49,353 nucleotides of DNA from Opitutales bacterium (lineage in GTDB: Bacteria; Verrucomicrobiota; Verrucomicrobiia; Opitutales; Coraliomargaritaceae): positions 1-49,353 of the forward strand of contig JBMYNR010000008.1 in NCBI GenBank assembly GCA_049598495.1, given 5' to 3'. The notes beneath the pieces were generated by a model. It saw nothing but the letters and a program-made list of their open reading frames with translations. It did no database searches and was not told the DNA's origin. The position numbers and the translations under genes were made by a program. Positions 1 to 9,658 of this stretch are shown in pieces (within the stretch, counting starts at the first letter, position 1; each line of letters begins with the position of its first letter).

Positions 1-50
1 ACGGCTCGCGCCTTGCCAAAGCCAATTCTGGATCTCATGCAATAAGCGGG
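1..50 (+). mobile_element. Partial MITE-like element B (right end), followed by CTAG and the right end of element A (to 73)
   Basis: Matches 26366-26415 with one mismatch; ends in terminal inverted repeat TGCAATAAGCGGG; bases 3-50 are the exact reverse complement of 49306-49353. Confidence 0.85.
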
Positions 51-101
51 CTAGCTAAATGCAATCGGCTCTAAATGAATACACGACACCAAGCTACGGC
101 T

Positions 102-127
102 GAGCCAAACGGGAGTTTGGCGTTCCC
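102..127 (-). repeat. GGGA-type REP-like palindrome
   Basis: Minus strand GGGAACGCCAAACTCCCGTTTGGCTC; same layout as the two copies at 34514-34565, with compensatory stem changes. Confidence 0.75.
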
Positions 128-135
128 GAGCTAAC

Positions 136-2025
136 TTACCAGCGGAAGGTGGCACCGGCGGAGTATTGATCCCCCCGTCCGGGTGTTCCGGGGACGTCTT
201 CAAAGTCGTCGTCCCATGCGTTGTCGATCGCGAAGAAGAGCTCAAGGCCGTCAATCTGCGGGGGGTAGAGGCTGAGGCCGAAATGGGTGAAGAAAGCGGA
301 GTCGTCTGAATTGCGGAGATCATTGTCTTCATTTTCGCGCCATTCATTGTCGATCCGGACTTCCAGCATCTCACAGGGGCGCCAGATCGCGCCGAGGGTG
401 CCCCGGTGGTTGGCAAAATTGAGGGCATAGAAACTGGCATCGATATCCGTTGCGCCGTAGTCCTCTGATTTGTCGAGGAAGGTGTAGGAGGCGATGGCTT
501 CGATTTGCTTCCAGCGTCTTGTTCCGATCATTTCGATGCCGAAGGTGTCGATATCGACAGAGTTGGCCGAGCGAGCGAATGAATCGCCGTTTGTGTAGGT
601 CCAGTCTGCTAGGTTGTTGTCCCATCGGTAAAAGACCGCGCCTTCGAGGCTCCAGTCCGCACGTTTCAGTGCGCCACCGATCTCGATGTTTTGGCTGGTT
701 TCGCGTTCGAGGTCATGGTTGCTGCGGAAAATACCGCGGGTCTCGCTACCGCCGATGGCAGTGTAGCCGGCGACCTGGCTGGCTTCTGCGTAGGAAAGGT
801 AGATGCTTTCGGAGCTGCCGTCGTTGTTTAGGCGAGTCCAGCGTAAGTCGCCGATTGCAGAGAGTTCGGAATCGTCCCGGTTGGTATCGTCGAAGCTAGC
901 TCCGGCACGGAAGGTGAGAGTCTCGTTTGCATTGAGTTCGATGCGGTATTCCGGAAGCACGCTTAGCTTGGTGTAGGTGCGGGATTGAAAGTCGCCCTGC
1001 TCGAGTGAGGAGGATTCGATATCGTCTGCGGTGATTTGCCCGGCGTAGTTGATACCGATTTGCGGGTCGATGCGGTGGAAGCCACTAAAGCCCAGTGATG
1101 TCGCTTTGGTTTCATGATTGGCTACGAAGAAAAACGGAGAGTCGCTCCTATCTTCGGCGTCCAGCGTATAGAAGTCCGTATGGCGGCGATGCGTTGCGGT
1201 GAGCTCGATGTAACTCTCTTCGCCGTAACTCTGGTAGTGGTTGATGACGTAGAGGCGGGTTTTCAGGTTTTCGGTTTCAGGGACCCCGGTCGCATCACCT
1301 GTGTCTGAGTAGCGCCCTGCGGTATACATGCCCGGCCAGCCGAAGAATTTGGCCTGATAGCCGGCGAAGAAATCGGTTTGTGAGTTGGGGCCAACCAGCT
1401 GCACGCGGCCAGTGACGCGGTCAAAGTCGTGGTCACCGAAACGGATCGTGCCATCGCTTTCAGAGCGGGAGACCTCAGCCTCTGCGCCCCAAGACCAATC
1501 GGTGTTATCGCCAAGCTGGCCCGTCTGTCCGCTGTGGATACGTTGGAAGTTAAGGTCATGGTCGCCGCCACCGACGGTGAGACTGCCACCGTCGGCAATC
1601 CGGCTCCATCCGTAGTTAATTGTGCCGACGGTGCTGTTGAAACCGTAGAGCGCGTTGTCCACACCGACCAGGATATCCGGTTGAGTGAGCATTTCCGGCG
1701 CAATGGGTAGCTCGGCGAAGTAGTGGCCTGTCTGTGGATCGACTAGAGTCGCGCTACCCACACGAAAACCGGTGTTTTCGAAGATGCCGCCACGGATCGT
1801 AACGTCACCCTGTGCCTCCGCCATGTTGCGGGATTGTAGATCGACGCGTGTCTCGAATTCAAGATTCGAGACAGGGGATTCGTAGGTCGTGACCGGACGA
1901 ATGTTGGCGGTCTGTTGCGCATCGATATAGAGAGTCGGCAGGGTTTGAGTGGTCTCCGCAAAAGTGGCGACGGGTATTAAAGCAAGGAGCCATGCAGTGA
2001 GTGTGGTGCTTTGGTTTTTTGACAT
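136..2025 (-). CDS. TonB-dependent outer-membrane receptor
   Basis: 629 aa; signal peptide; plug-like segment (DVTIRGG, ALYG...GTINY); beta-strand-rich body; C-terminal PGRGDQYSAGATFRW ending in an aromatic residue. Confidence 0.85.
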   Translation of the reverse strand: MSKNQSTTLTAWLLALIPVATFAETTQTLPTLYIDAQQTANIRPVTTYESPVSNLEFETRVDLQSRNMAEAQGDVTIRGGIFENTGFRVGSATLVDPQTGHYFAELPIAPEMLTQPDILVGVDNALYGFNSTVGTINYGWSRIADGGSLTVGGGDHDLNFQRIHSGQTGQLGDNTDWSWGAEAEVSRSESDGTIRFGDHDFDRVTGRVQLVGPNSQTDFFAGYQAKFFGWPGMYTAGRYSDTGDATGVPETENLKTRLYVINHYQSYGEESYIELTATHRRHTDFYTLDAEDRSDSPFFFVANHETKATSLGFSGFHRIDPQIGINYAGQITADDIESSSLEQGDFQSRTYTKLSVLPEYRIELNANETLTFRAGASFDDTNRDDSELSAIGDLRWTRLNNDGSSESIYLSYAEASQVAGYTAIGGSETRGIFRSNHDLERETSQNIEIGGALKRADWSLEGAVFYRWDNNLADWTYTNGDSFARSANSVDIDTFGIEMIGTRRWKQIEAIASYTFLDKSEDYGATDIDASFYALNFANHRGTLGAIWRPCEMLEVRIDNEWRENEDNDLRNSDDSAFFTHFGLSLYPPQIDGLELFFAIDNAWDDDFEDVPGTPGRGDQYSAGATFRW

Positions 2026-2176
2026 GACGGATGTTGATGACAGCTCAGCTCAAAAAATCAATTGTTAATTAGAAAATAGAATGACTTAATAATACGCTCA
2101 TATATTTTGAATTGGCAATTATGCTAAAAGTTCTCATCACCTCCCATTGACTTAACGTAATTTTAATAAATTGGCT

Positions 2177-2443
2177 ATGGGACTACTCAATTTAGGATTC
2201 GCAATTCTCATCGTGAAGATGGTGATCTGCATTTTGCCGGGCGTGCTCGCTATACTCGTGATTGCCATGTCGGAGGAGAGCAAGCGTGAGCTTAGAAATA
2301 AGGTCTGCAGGAAGCTGTTTGGTGTGAGTAATGCGATTCCTTACCCGAATTATGTACGAGGTATTACGATCATCGCAACGATCATGATACTCTTTAGTCT
2401 AACCGCTTCCTGGTTTCTGTTGCTGCGCGGTTATTTTGCCTAG
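2177..2443 (+). CDS. Small hypothetical membrane protein (about 2 TM helices)
   Basis: ATG at 2177; two long hydrophobic stretches separated by a charged loop; fills the gap between the receptor gene and ppk. Confidence 0.7.
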   Translation: MGLLNLGFAILIVKMVICILPGVLAILVIAMSEESKRELRNKVCRKLFGVSNAIPYPNYVRGITIIATIMILFSLTASWFLLLRGYFA

Positions 2444-2461
2444 TCGTCACAATCGGGGAGT

Positions 2462-4615
2462 TTAGGGTTCGAGGGTTTCCACTCGAATGAGCTCCGGGTT
2501 TTCTTCATGATCCTTGGCGAGCGCATTGCGTTTGTTATCTGCTTGATCAAGGAAGTATTCTTGAGCGCTGAACAGGGAGGCACCCTTTTTTCGAGAGGCC
2601 TTGTAATAGGCCCCGTTCGAACGGAGGATCCGCGCGTTGCGGGTGTCTTTTAGGTAAACCTTCAAAATCTCCATTATTTTCTCCCGGTGGTCCAGATCAT
2701 CGATAGGGAAGACGGCTTCAATTCGGCGATAGAAATTACGGGGCATCCAGTCGGCACTGCCTGCGAAAATGAGTGGCTTGGGACCGCTACTGTTTTCGAA
2801 ATAAAAGATCCGGCTGTGCTCCAGGTAGCGACCAAGAATCGATCGGACACGGATGTTATCGCTGACCCCCTTGATATTTGGGACCAGATTGCAGATCCCG
2901 CGTATGATGAGATCAATCTTCACACCAGCTTGTGAAGCTCGGTAGAGGTTGTCGATGGTCTCCTGATCAACGAGGCTATTGGTCTGAACAATGATATGTG
3001 CTTTTTTTCCGGCGGTTGCGTTTCTCGTTTCCGCGCGGATATATTTCTGAATATTTCTGTGCAGGGTGAAGGGCGCTACGAGTAACTTTTTGAAACTCGG
3101 TGTGAGAGAGAAACCGGTGAGTGTATTGAAAAGTCCGGCCACTTCTCCCGTAATATCTTCGCGGGTTGTGAAAAGACTGAGGTCTGTGTACAGGCGCGCG
3201 GTTTTAGGGTTGTAGTTTCCCGTTCCCAGATGGCAGTAGCGGCGAAGTTTTCCGTCCTCACGGCGCACCACCATACAGGTTTTGCAATGTGTTTTTAGGC
3301 CGACAAGCCCGTAGACCACGTGCACGCCGACGTCCTCCAATTGTCGGGCCCACTGGATATTGTTCGCCTCGTCGAAGCGGGCCTTGATTTCGACGAGAAC
3401 CGTGACCTGCTTGCCGCGTCGGGAGGCCTCCATTAGGGCCTTGATAATGGGCGAGTCTCCGGAGGTCCGGTAGAGTGTTTGTTTGATCGCAAAGACCTGA
3501 GGATCGCGGGCTGCCTGATTGAGAAAGTCGATAAAGGGTTGGAAACTATCGTAAGGATGATGCAGGAGCACATCTTTTGTCCTGAAAACCTCGAAGATAC
3601 GTTCCGGATTTTCGAGCTCCTTTGGGATGAAGGGTGTGTGGTGGGGGAACTTCAGCTCCGGTCGATCAATCAGATCGTAGGCACTCATCAAGCGGGAGAG
3701 ATTTAGGGGACCCTCAATGGTGTAGACATTTTCAGGTTGAAGGTTGATGGCTTCGAGGAACTCCTGGAGGAGGGCCGGATCGGCGCCTTTGGCAATCTCC
3801 AACCGGACGGCGGCACCTTTTTGCATGTTCATGAGTTCCTCCTCGATCTTCATGAGGAGGTTTTCGACTTCTTCTTCGTCGATGTATAAATCGCTGTTCC
3901 GGGTAATACGGAAGGGGACGGCTGAAGTGACACGGTAGCCGGGGAAGAGCCGTTTGATAAAGCGTTGCACGATATCGCTGAGAAAGATGTAGACTTCAGG
4001 TTTCCCGCGTCGGGCGGTGCCGACTTTAATGATCCTCGGGAGGACACGCGGAATGGGTATGATTGCCATTAGGCTTTCGATGATGCGCGTCTTCGGGTCG
4101 TCAATCGATGCCAGGATGTAGAGGGCTTTGTTCGTGAGTTGAGGGAATGGATGGGCCGGATCGATGGCGAGCGGTGTAAGTACTGGAAAGATCTGCTCTT
4201 CAAAGTAGGCCTCGACCCATTTCTTCTCGGTTCGTGTGAGCTCATCGTAAGCGCAGAAGTGTACATCCTGTTCCTTTAGTCCGGGCACGATTTGACTGCC
4301 CCAGCAATCGTAAGTGTCGGCGATGAGACGTTTGCCTATACTCTGAATTCGGCGCAATTGTTCTTTCGGGCCGAGACCATCGGGGCCTCGTTCGATGTTG
4401 CCCGATTTGACCTGCTGGAGCAGTCCCGCTACACGGATTTCGAAGAATTCGTCCAGATTGGAACTAACAAATGCGAGAAATTTCATCCGTTCGAGTAAGG
4501 GATACTCGGGCGACTCCGCTTGTTCGAGCACGCGACGATTAAATGCGAGCCAGCTCAGTTCACGGTTAAAGTAAGGGAATCTCGAAAGATTCTTGGATGT
4601 ATCAGACGGCATCAT
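2462..4615 (-). CDS. ppk1: Polyphosphate kinase 1
   Basis: [46 protein letters not shown] and EHSRIFYF motifs. Confidence 0.98.
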   Translation of the reverse strand: MMPSDTSKNLSRFPYFNRELSWLAFNRRVLEQAESPEYPLLERMKFLAFVSSNLDEFFEIRVAGLLQQVKSGNIERGPDGLGPKEQLRRIQSIGKRLIADTYDCWGSQIVPGLKEQDVHFCAYDELTRTEKKWVEAYFEEQIFPVLTPLAIDPAHPFPQLTNKALYILASIDDPKTRIIESLMAIIPIPRVLPRIIKVGTARRGKPEVYIFLSDIVQRFIKRLFPGYRVTSAVPFRITRNSDLYIDEEEVENLLMKIEEELMNMQKGAAVRLEIAKGADPALLQEFLEAINLQPENVYTIEGPLNLSRLMSAYDLIDRPELKFPHHTPFIPKELENPERIFEVFRTKDVLLHHPYDSFQPFIDFLNQAARDPQVFAIKQTLYRTSGDSPIIKALMEASRRGKQVTVLVEIKARFDEANNIQWARQLEDVGVHVVYGLVGLKTHCKTCMVVRREDGKLRRYCHLGTGNYNPKTARLYTDLSLFTTREDITGEVAGLFNTLTGFSLTPSFKKLLVAPFTLHRNIQKYIRAETRNATAGKKAHIIVQTNSLVDQETIDNLYRASQAGVKIDLIIRGICNLVPNIKGVSDNIRVRSILGRYLEHSRIFYFENSSGPKPLIFAGSADWMPRNFYRRIEAVFPIDDLDHREKIMEILKVYLKDTRNARILRSNGAYYKASRKKGASLFSAQEYFLDQADNKRNALAKDHEENPELIRVETLEP

Positions 4616-4729
4616 TTTTTATCGCGTATACTATGAACTGTCTTGATGAAGGCCTCTAGGCAAGCCAGAGCACCCTTAATTTTTCTGTTAATTGAAGATT
4701 CTTAGGTCTTGTAAGCAAAGGACAAGCCC

Positions 4730-4941
4730 TAGAGCCGATTGCATTTCGTTAGAACTTCTGGTGAGAGCCGTTCGGCGAGCTCAGGGCCTTGAATCGATGG
4801 ATAGGCGGGACTGGGGGGATGTTTGATTCCAGCTGCGTTGGTCGCAGCGATACGGGTCTCGACCCGCACCCGCTGTACCCGTCTGGCTGGCAATAAAAAT
4901 GACACTCAGCCAGTTATTCTACCTAAATGCAAATTCCTCTA
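4730..4941 (-). mobile_element. MITE-like element A, long copy (212 bp)
   Basis: Both ends match the two ends of 22173-22271 in reverse orientation (TAGAGCCGATTGCATTTCGTTAGAACTTCTGGTGAGAGCCG and CAGCCAGTTATTCTACCTAAATGC...CTCTA); imperfect terminal inverted repeats bounded by TA. Confidence 0.8.
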
Positions 4942-5030
4942 GCTTGCTGAGATTCTTCGGGTGGTGTTTTTTCTTCCCACATCCATTTTCGGGCTTTCGC
5001 TACGGCGCGGTCGGTGTTATCCCACACATT

Positions 5031-6431
5031 ATGCAATCCGCTTCATCCTCTCGTCGTAAGTTCCTTCAGGTGTCCGGGCTTGCCAGTGCTGCCTCCTTAT
5101 TATCCGGCTGCCCAGCGAATCAATCTGCAGAGGCACCGAGTCCCGGTCGGGCTAAGAATTTGATCTTTCTAATGGTTGACGGATTATGTAACGGAACGTT
5201 GGGGCTTGCGCATCATTGGAAACTGCGCAACAAGGGCGAACGGCTTCATTGGATGCAGCTTTATGACCGTCCCGATTTCCATCGTTGTTTTCAGGATACT
5301 GCTTCTGCCAGCTCTCCGGTGACAGACTCTGCCGCGGCTGCCAGTTCATGGGGCAGTGGTCAGCGAGTCATGAACGGTTCGGTCAACGTCGATGCATCGG
5401 GGAAGCAACTAAAGCCGATTTTGAGTTATGCGAAAGAGGCTGGTAAGAAAACTGGACTGGTGACGACCTGTCGCATCACACACGCCACGCCAGCGGGGTT
5501 TGCAACAAACGTGCATGATCGATATATGGAAGATGAAATTGCCCGCCAATATATGGAGCGGGAGATTGATGTGCTTCTAGGTGGTGGTTCCAGGCATTTT
5601 GTTCAGACGCAAAAGGACGGTTCTCCTGTCGACTATCTCTCGATTTTTCAATCAAGAGGATATGATATTGCTTTGAATCGATCGGAGCTATCTTTGCACA
5701 CTTCCAACCGTCGGTTACTTGGGCTCTTTTCAAAAAGCCACCTGCCGTATGCGATCGATCGGAAGAATGATCCTGCACTATCGGGGGTGCCGAGCTTGAC
5801 CGAGATGTTCGAAGCTGCCCTTGCCCGCCTTAGTGGTGCGGAGAATGGTTTCGTCCTCCAGGTTGAGGGTGGACGTGTCGATCATGCCGGGCATGCCAAC
5901 GATCCGGGCGCTATTCTTCACGAGTTCCTTGAATACGATGCCTGCATCCCGATTGCCTTGGAGTATATTCGGAAGCATCCCGATACGATGCTGATCGTGA
6001 CAACCGACCACGGGACGGGAGGCTGCCAGCTGGATGGGCAGGGGGATCGCTACAATGACAGCGGTCCTGCACTCGATCGTATCAACCAATTGAACTTTAG
6101 TTTTGAATGGCTACAGAAACGCTTTGAGGCAAGGGGGCAATTTGATGCGGCGACCCTGGAGGCGGCGCTTCATATCGAGGCGACCACTGAGCAGGCAGCT
6201 CTCGTCCAGAAGGCGCTTGATGAAGAAGCTAAATATCTGAGCGGAGCTTTGGACGCGGCCTTCGGTCGGCAACTCAAGCAGATGACCTCAGTCGGTTGGT
6301 CTTCAAGTAAGCACACGTCCGAATGCGTCGATCTCTTCGCCTTCGGTCCGCATGCTATGAATGTGCCTGCGTTTATGAATAACTACGAGATCTTCGGAAT
6401 CATGATGGAGGCACTCGGGCTCAAGGTCTAA
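5031..6431 (+). CDS. Alkaline phosphatase (PhoA family), probable Tat-exported lipoprotein
   Basis: NLIFLMVDG, VTDSAAAAS active-site Ser, THATPA, EGGRVDHAGHAND, TDHGTGG; N-terminal SRRKFLQ twin-arginine motif plus LSGC lipobox; start moved to ATG 5031. Confidence 0.93.
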   Translation: MQSASSSRRKFLQVSGLASAASLLSGCPANQSAEAPSPGRAKNLIFLMVDGLCNGTLGLAHHWKLRNKGERLHWMQLYDRPDFHRCFQDTASASSPVTDSAAAASSWGSGQRVMNGSVNVDASGKQLKPILSYAKEAGKKTGLVTTCRITHATPAGFATNVHDRYMEDEIARQYMEREIDVLLGGGSRHFVQTQKDGSPVDYLSIFQSRGYDIALNRSELSLHTSNRRLLGLFSKSHLPYAIDRKNDPALSGVPSLTEMFEAALARLSGAENGFVLQVEGGRVDHAGHANDPGAILHEFLEYDACIPIALEYIRKHPDTMLIVTTDHGTGGCQLDGQGDRYNDSGPALDRINQLNFSFEWLQKRFEARGQFDAATLEAALHIEATTEQAALVQKALDEEAKYLSGALDAAFGRQLKQMTSVGWSSSKHTSECVDLFAFGPHAMNVPAFMNNYEIFGIMMEALGLKV

Positions 6432-6529
6432 TACCTCTTTGATTGAAGCGGTATAAGATGAGTCGCGTCTCGACTGAATGGATGGCACGAATTCTGAAGT
6501 GCTAAGACCAATTCGAAAAAGGTTTGATT

Positions 6530-7072
6530 CACTGGGTAGCTGCCATGTCCTTATGCGTCCGTCACGTCTCGCAAGTATCTTGGACGGCGTCACCGCCGAT
6601 GCGACGACCATAAGCACTCGGCGGTAGTATCGAGCTTGCGCTGGATGAAGCCCCCACGCATCCTAAACGTTGGTGTGTGCCCTTTAGGGCATTCGCCGAA
6701 CAGCCCAACCACTCGGACGCTTTTGTGGACCGCTAAGGCACGCTAAAGAAACGCCAAGATCCTGCTTCTGAGATTTGCTCCCTCCATTTTTAGCGAAGAT
6801 TGAATGTCGTTGAGGGTTGAAAAATGCTCGTGCCAAAGAAGCCAAGTATTTCAGCCGTTCGTCGGGCGGGTGTCGCGATGCGACGCTAGCCGCGTCGAAG
6901 TATGAAGGGTTCCGAATAGACGGAGGCGCTTATATCTCGACCTTGCTGACGCAAATTCGCCGTTCCGGATGCAGCGATTGAAAGCTTTTTATGTAGGGTA
7001 TCAGACGGCCTAAAGGCCGAACTCCAACAAAGCCCCTCGCGCTCTAAGCGTTGGCGTGCGCCCTTTAGGGCG
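6530..7072. repeat. Cluster of degenerate REP-like palindromes
   Basis: GTTGG..GCCCTTTAGGGC units at 6669-6691 and 7050-7072 with an inverted partner at 7006-7028; imperfect direct repeat 6648-6691 vs 7030-7072; GTAG-headed hairpin near 6624. Confidence 0.65.
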
Positions 7073-7123
7073 TCCATCCCTGTCTTTGCAACTAGCTCAG
7101 ACTTTAGGGCAGATGGTATAAGA

Positions 7124-8215
7124 CTATTCAGAACAGCAGTTCCTTTTTCTCGCAGAGCTTACGGGCAGTAGCGAAATGAGGAGGATGGCTAGCAAAAGGA
7201 ATCCGCTGGCATGGTGCCAGGTGCTGAGGTGAAGATGATCCTGTGTCGCTAACTGACCTGACTTGAATTGGAGGCTTGCGTTGAAGAGCCAGCCCGCAAG
7301 CCACGATACTAAGAGTAGGCTCGTGAGATAGATTGTGGTACTTAAGCGTCCGAGCATTTTCCAGATCGTGACGATGGTCGCGGTATTCGTGGCTGGCCCG
7401 GTAATCAGGAAAACAAGTGCGGCTCCTGGAGAAAGCCCAGCGGCCATGAGGGCGTAGGCCATCGGTATGGATGCGGTCGCGCAGACGTAGAGGGGAAGGC
7501 TGATTGCTGTTGCCAGCAAGAACGCGAGTGGCCCGCTGCTGAGTGTGCCTGTTAGGAAATCGCTGGGTAGGAGCGTCGTGATTAAACCGGCTAGAATGAG
7601 CCCGAAGAGGAGGGCTTGGCCAAGCTCGGCCGGTAGAGTGATAAAGCCGTAGCGTATTGCTTCGAGTGGACTTCGTTTGGGCTTTGTTATTGAGCAGCAG
7701 GAGGGGCCTTCGGGAATCAGTGATGGTGTTGTTGACGGAGCTGTCATCGAAAAGACAGCTGCGTTGGCTGGCAAAAATACGGGAGCGGCTACGGTTTTGT
7801 CCTTAGAGAACAGCTCGATGAGATAGCCGGTGATAATGCCGCAAATAAAGGCAACGGCCACACGAACCGCAGAGAAGGCCCCGCCCAGCAAGGCGTAGGT
7901 GGCGACGATACTATCCACACCCGTTTGTGGCGTGGAGCTTAGGAATGAGGCAGTGGCCCCTCGGCTGGCACCACTTTTCCGGAGGGAGGCCGCAACGGGA
8001 ATGACTGAGCACGAACAGAGCGGCATTGGGACACCGAGAATGCTCGCTTTGACCACCCCTCCCAAGCCGGGTTTGCCGAGCCAGTGCTCGATCGCCTCCT
8101 TTCGGAGGATCAAATGAAGAACTCCGGCGATAGCAAAACCGATGATCAAGTAGGGAGCCATCTGAGCTACGAGACTCCAAGTATTCTGAGCGAACTCGAC
8201 AAAAAAGGGCAGCAT
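7124..8215 (-). CDS. DUF318/SO_0444-like permease, putative heavy-metal or metalloid efflux
   Basis: PLCSCSVIP, FLSSTPQTGVDS, PLYVCATASIP and GAALVFLITGPATN motifs; many TM helices; extra CC pairs and a His-rich patch; likely start ATG 8215. Confidence 0.88.
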   Translation of the reverse strand: MLPFFVEFAQNTWSLVAQMAPYLIIGFAIAGVLHLILRKEAIEHWLGKPGLGGVVKASILGVPMPLCSCSVIPVAASLRKSGASRGATASFLSSTPQTGVDSIVATYALLGGAFSAVRVAVAFICGIITGYLIELFSKDKTVAAPVFLPANAAVFSMTAPSTTPSLIPEGPSCCSITKPKRSPLEAIRYGFITLPAELGQALLFGLILAGLITTLLPSDFLTGTLSSGPLAFLLATAISLPLYVCATASIPMAYALMAAGLSPGAALVFLITGPATNTATIVTIWKMLGRLSTTIYLTSLLLVSWLAGWLFNASLQFKSGQLATQDHLHLSTWHHASGFLLLAILLISLLPVSSARKRNCCSE

Positions 8216-8258
8216 GCCGTAAAGGTAGCACGGCCCGGGACCAGTTTCAAACACTCAA

Positions 8259-8528
8259 TCAATCCCCGGAGGGCTTCGAGAGGGAGGCCAGTAGCTCCCG
8301 CAGCTCGTCCTTTTTCGCCGATTCCATTTTTGGGCGGGAATCAGCCAGTTTTTCCTCCTGCGCCTTGTAGCAACGGCACATGTCTTGAGATTCCATTACT
8401 TGTTTATTAAATTTCCCACAGAAAACACACAATTTTACATGCATTCGCAGGAAAAACCTACGCAGAGGAGACATCCTCTGGTAATCTTCTTTGGATAGTG
8501 CGTTGGAAACTTGTTTACAGGTAAACAT
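8259..8528 (-). CDS. Zinc-finger (zf-HC2/ZAS) anti-sigma factor
   Basis: N-terminal TC then HVKLCVFC (HxxxCxxC); directly downstream of an ECF sigma; no TM segment. Confidence 0.85.
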   Translation of the reverse strand: MFTCKQVSNALSKEDYQRMSPLRRFFLRMHVKLCVFCGKFNKQVMESQDMCRCYKAQEEKLADSRPKMESAKKDELRELLASLSKPSGD

Positions 8529-8539
8529 TTGAAAATGAA

Positions 8540-9169
8540 CTACTTAACATCTTTGCCCGTCCAGCTTGCTTCGAGAAGCGATTTTAACTGGTTTCGAGCT
8601 CGGTGCAAGAGCACCCATAGGTAATTCGGCGTTATATCCATGGCCTTACAGACTTCTTCGGTCGTTAAATCCTCCAGAACCCTCAGAACAAAGGCCTCAC
8701 GGGCCGGGTTTTTGACCTGATCGATGCATTTTTGAAAGACCCCCCAGAATTCGCCGTTGTCGTAATACTTGCGGGGATTGAACTGCCAGGGGTCCGGGTT
8801 TGTCGTGGCGATACCACTGTATTTGAACCAGAAGCTCTCAAGGAGCGCCTCGTCTTCAGACTCAATGTCGACTTTGTGCTCTTTTACCGACTTGCGGATC
8901 TGGTCGACGATCTTGTTACGCATAATACCGCGCAGCCAGAATTTGATGTCACGACTTCCGTCAAAACGGTCGAGGGCTTTGATCCCCGCTAGAAAGGTGT
9001 CCTGCACGCAGTCCGAGGCGGTCTCGGGGTCTCTTAGACGGGACATGGCGAAGCCGTAGAGATAGTCACCGTAAAGATCCACCCACTGTTCAGGGGGCGT
9101 TATTGGAACCTTGGGTTCTTCTTTTTCAGGCACGTTGCTAAGGCTGTGTGCGCTTGAGGGGAGCGTCAA
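8540..9169 (-). CDS. ECF RNA polymerase sigma-70 factor
   Basis: Region 2 (ASDCVQDTFL, FWLRGIMRNKIVD) and region 4 (FVLRVLEDLTTEEVC...VLLHRAR); start codon uncertain. Confidence 0.93.
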   Translation of the reverse strand: MTLPSSAHSLSNVPEKEEPKVPITPPEQWVDLYGDYLYGFAMSRLRDPETASDCVQDTFLAGIKALDRFDGSRDIKFWLRGIMRNKIVDQIRKSVKEHKVDIESEDEALLESFWFKYSGIATTNPDPWQFNPRKYYDNGEFWGVFQKCIDQVKNPAREAFVLRVLEDLTTEEVCKAMDITPNYLWVLLHRARNQLKSLLEASWTGKDVK

Positions 9170-9199
9170 TAAAAGTCATACGCTTGTTTGAACACGGTT

Positions 9200-9658
9200 C
9201 TATTCGGCGAGGAGAAATTCAACAGTTTCCGGGGCTTGATCGAGAAGTCTGAGGGCAAGTTGCTCGGCAACCCGCATATCTGCTCGGTCGGAATCATTGC
9301 GATCATCATAGCCGGCCAAGTGCAGCCATCCATGGATTAGGTAGAGGCAGAGCTCGCGCGAAAAGGGTTCCCCGAGTTCGGCAGAACGGCTGCGTGCATG
9401 ATCGACCGATACAATAATCTCACCGGCCGACTCCATGGCTGCATCGGCAGGGAAGGTGATCACATCGGTCGGGGTCGGGTCTTCCATGTAATCTCCGTGA
9501 ATTTTCGCAATGCTTGCATCGTCAACGAAGGCGATCGAGAGTTCGCCCTCGCTAATTGGAAATTCGGGTGCACGGCTCAATATCTCCACGAGAGTGGCCG
9601 CGGTCGCTTCCGGAGCGATTAGGGCCTCATACTGGTTGTTGATCTGCGGTTCCAGCAT
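9200..9658 (-). CDS. ybeY: rRNA maturation endoribonuclease YbeY
   Basis: PTDVITF, GEIIVS and HGWLHLAGYDD metal-binding motif; in phoH operon context. Confidence 0.95.
   Translation of the reverse strand: MLEPQINNQYEALIAPEATAATLVEILSRAPEFPISEGELSIAFVDDASIAKIHGDYMEDPTPTDVITFPADAAMESAGEIIVSVDHARSRSAELGEPFSRELCLYLIHGWLHLAGYDDRNDSDRADMRVAEQLALRLLDQAPETVEFLLAE

Noticed and set aside
2026..2170. Possible cobalamin riboswitch or Fur box for the TonB receptor
   Set aside because: AT-rich, but no B12 box and no convincing 19-bp Fur palindrome
4671..4700. Possible PHO box between ppk1 and the phosphatase
   Set aside because: TTAAT repeats are 12 bp apart rather than 11 and match the consensus poorly
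4899..5030. N-terminal extension of the alkaline phosphatase ORF
   Set aside because: Starts inside MITE A; the Tat/lipoprotein signal begins at ATG 5031
6303..7077. ORFs of 104 aa and 63 aa in or overlapping the large intergenic gap
   Set aside because: Run through palindromic repeats or antisense to the phosphatase; no protein family features
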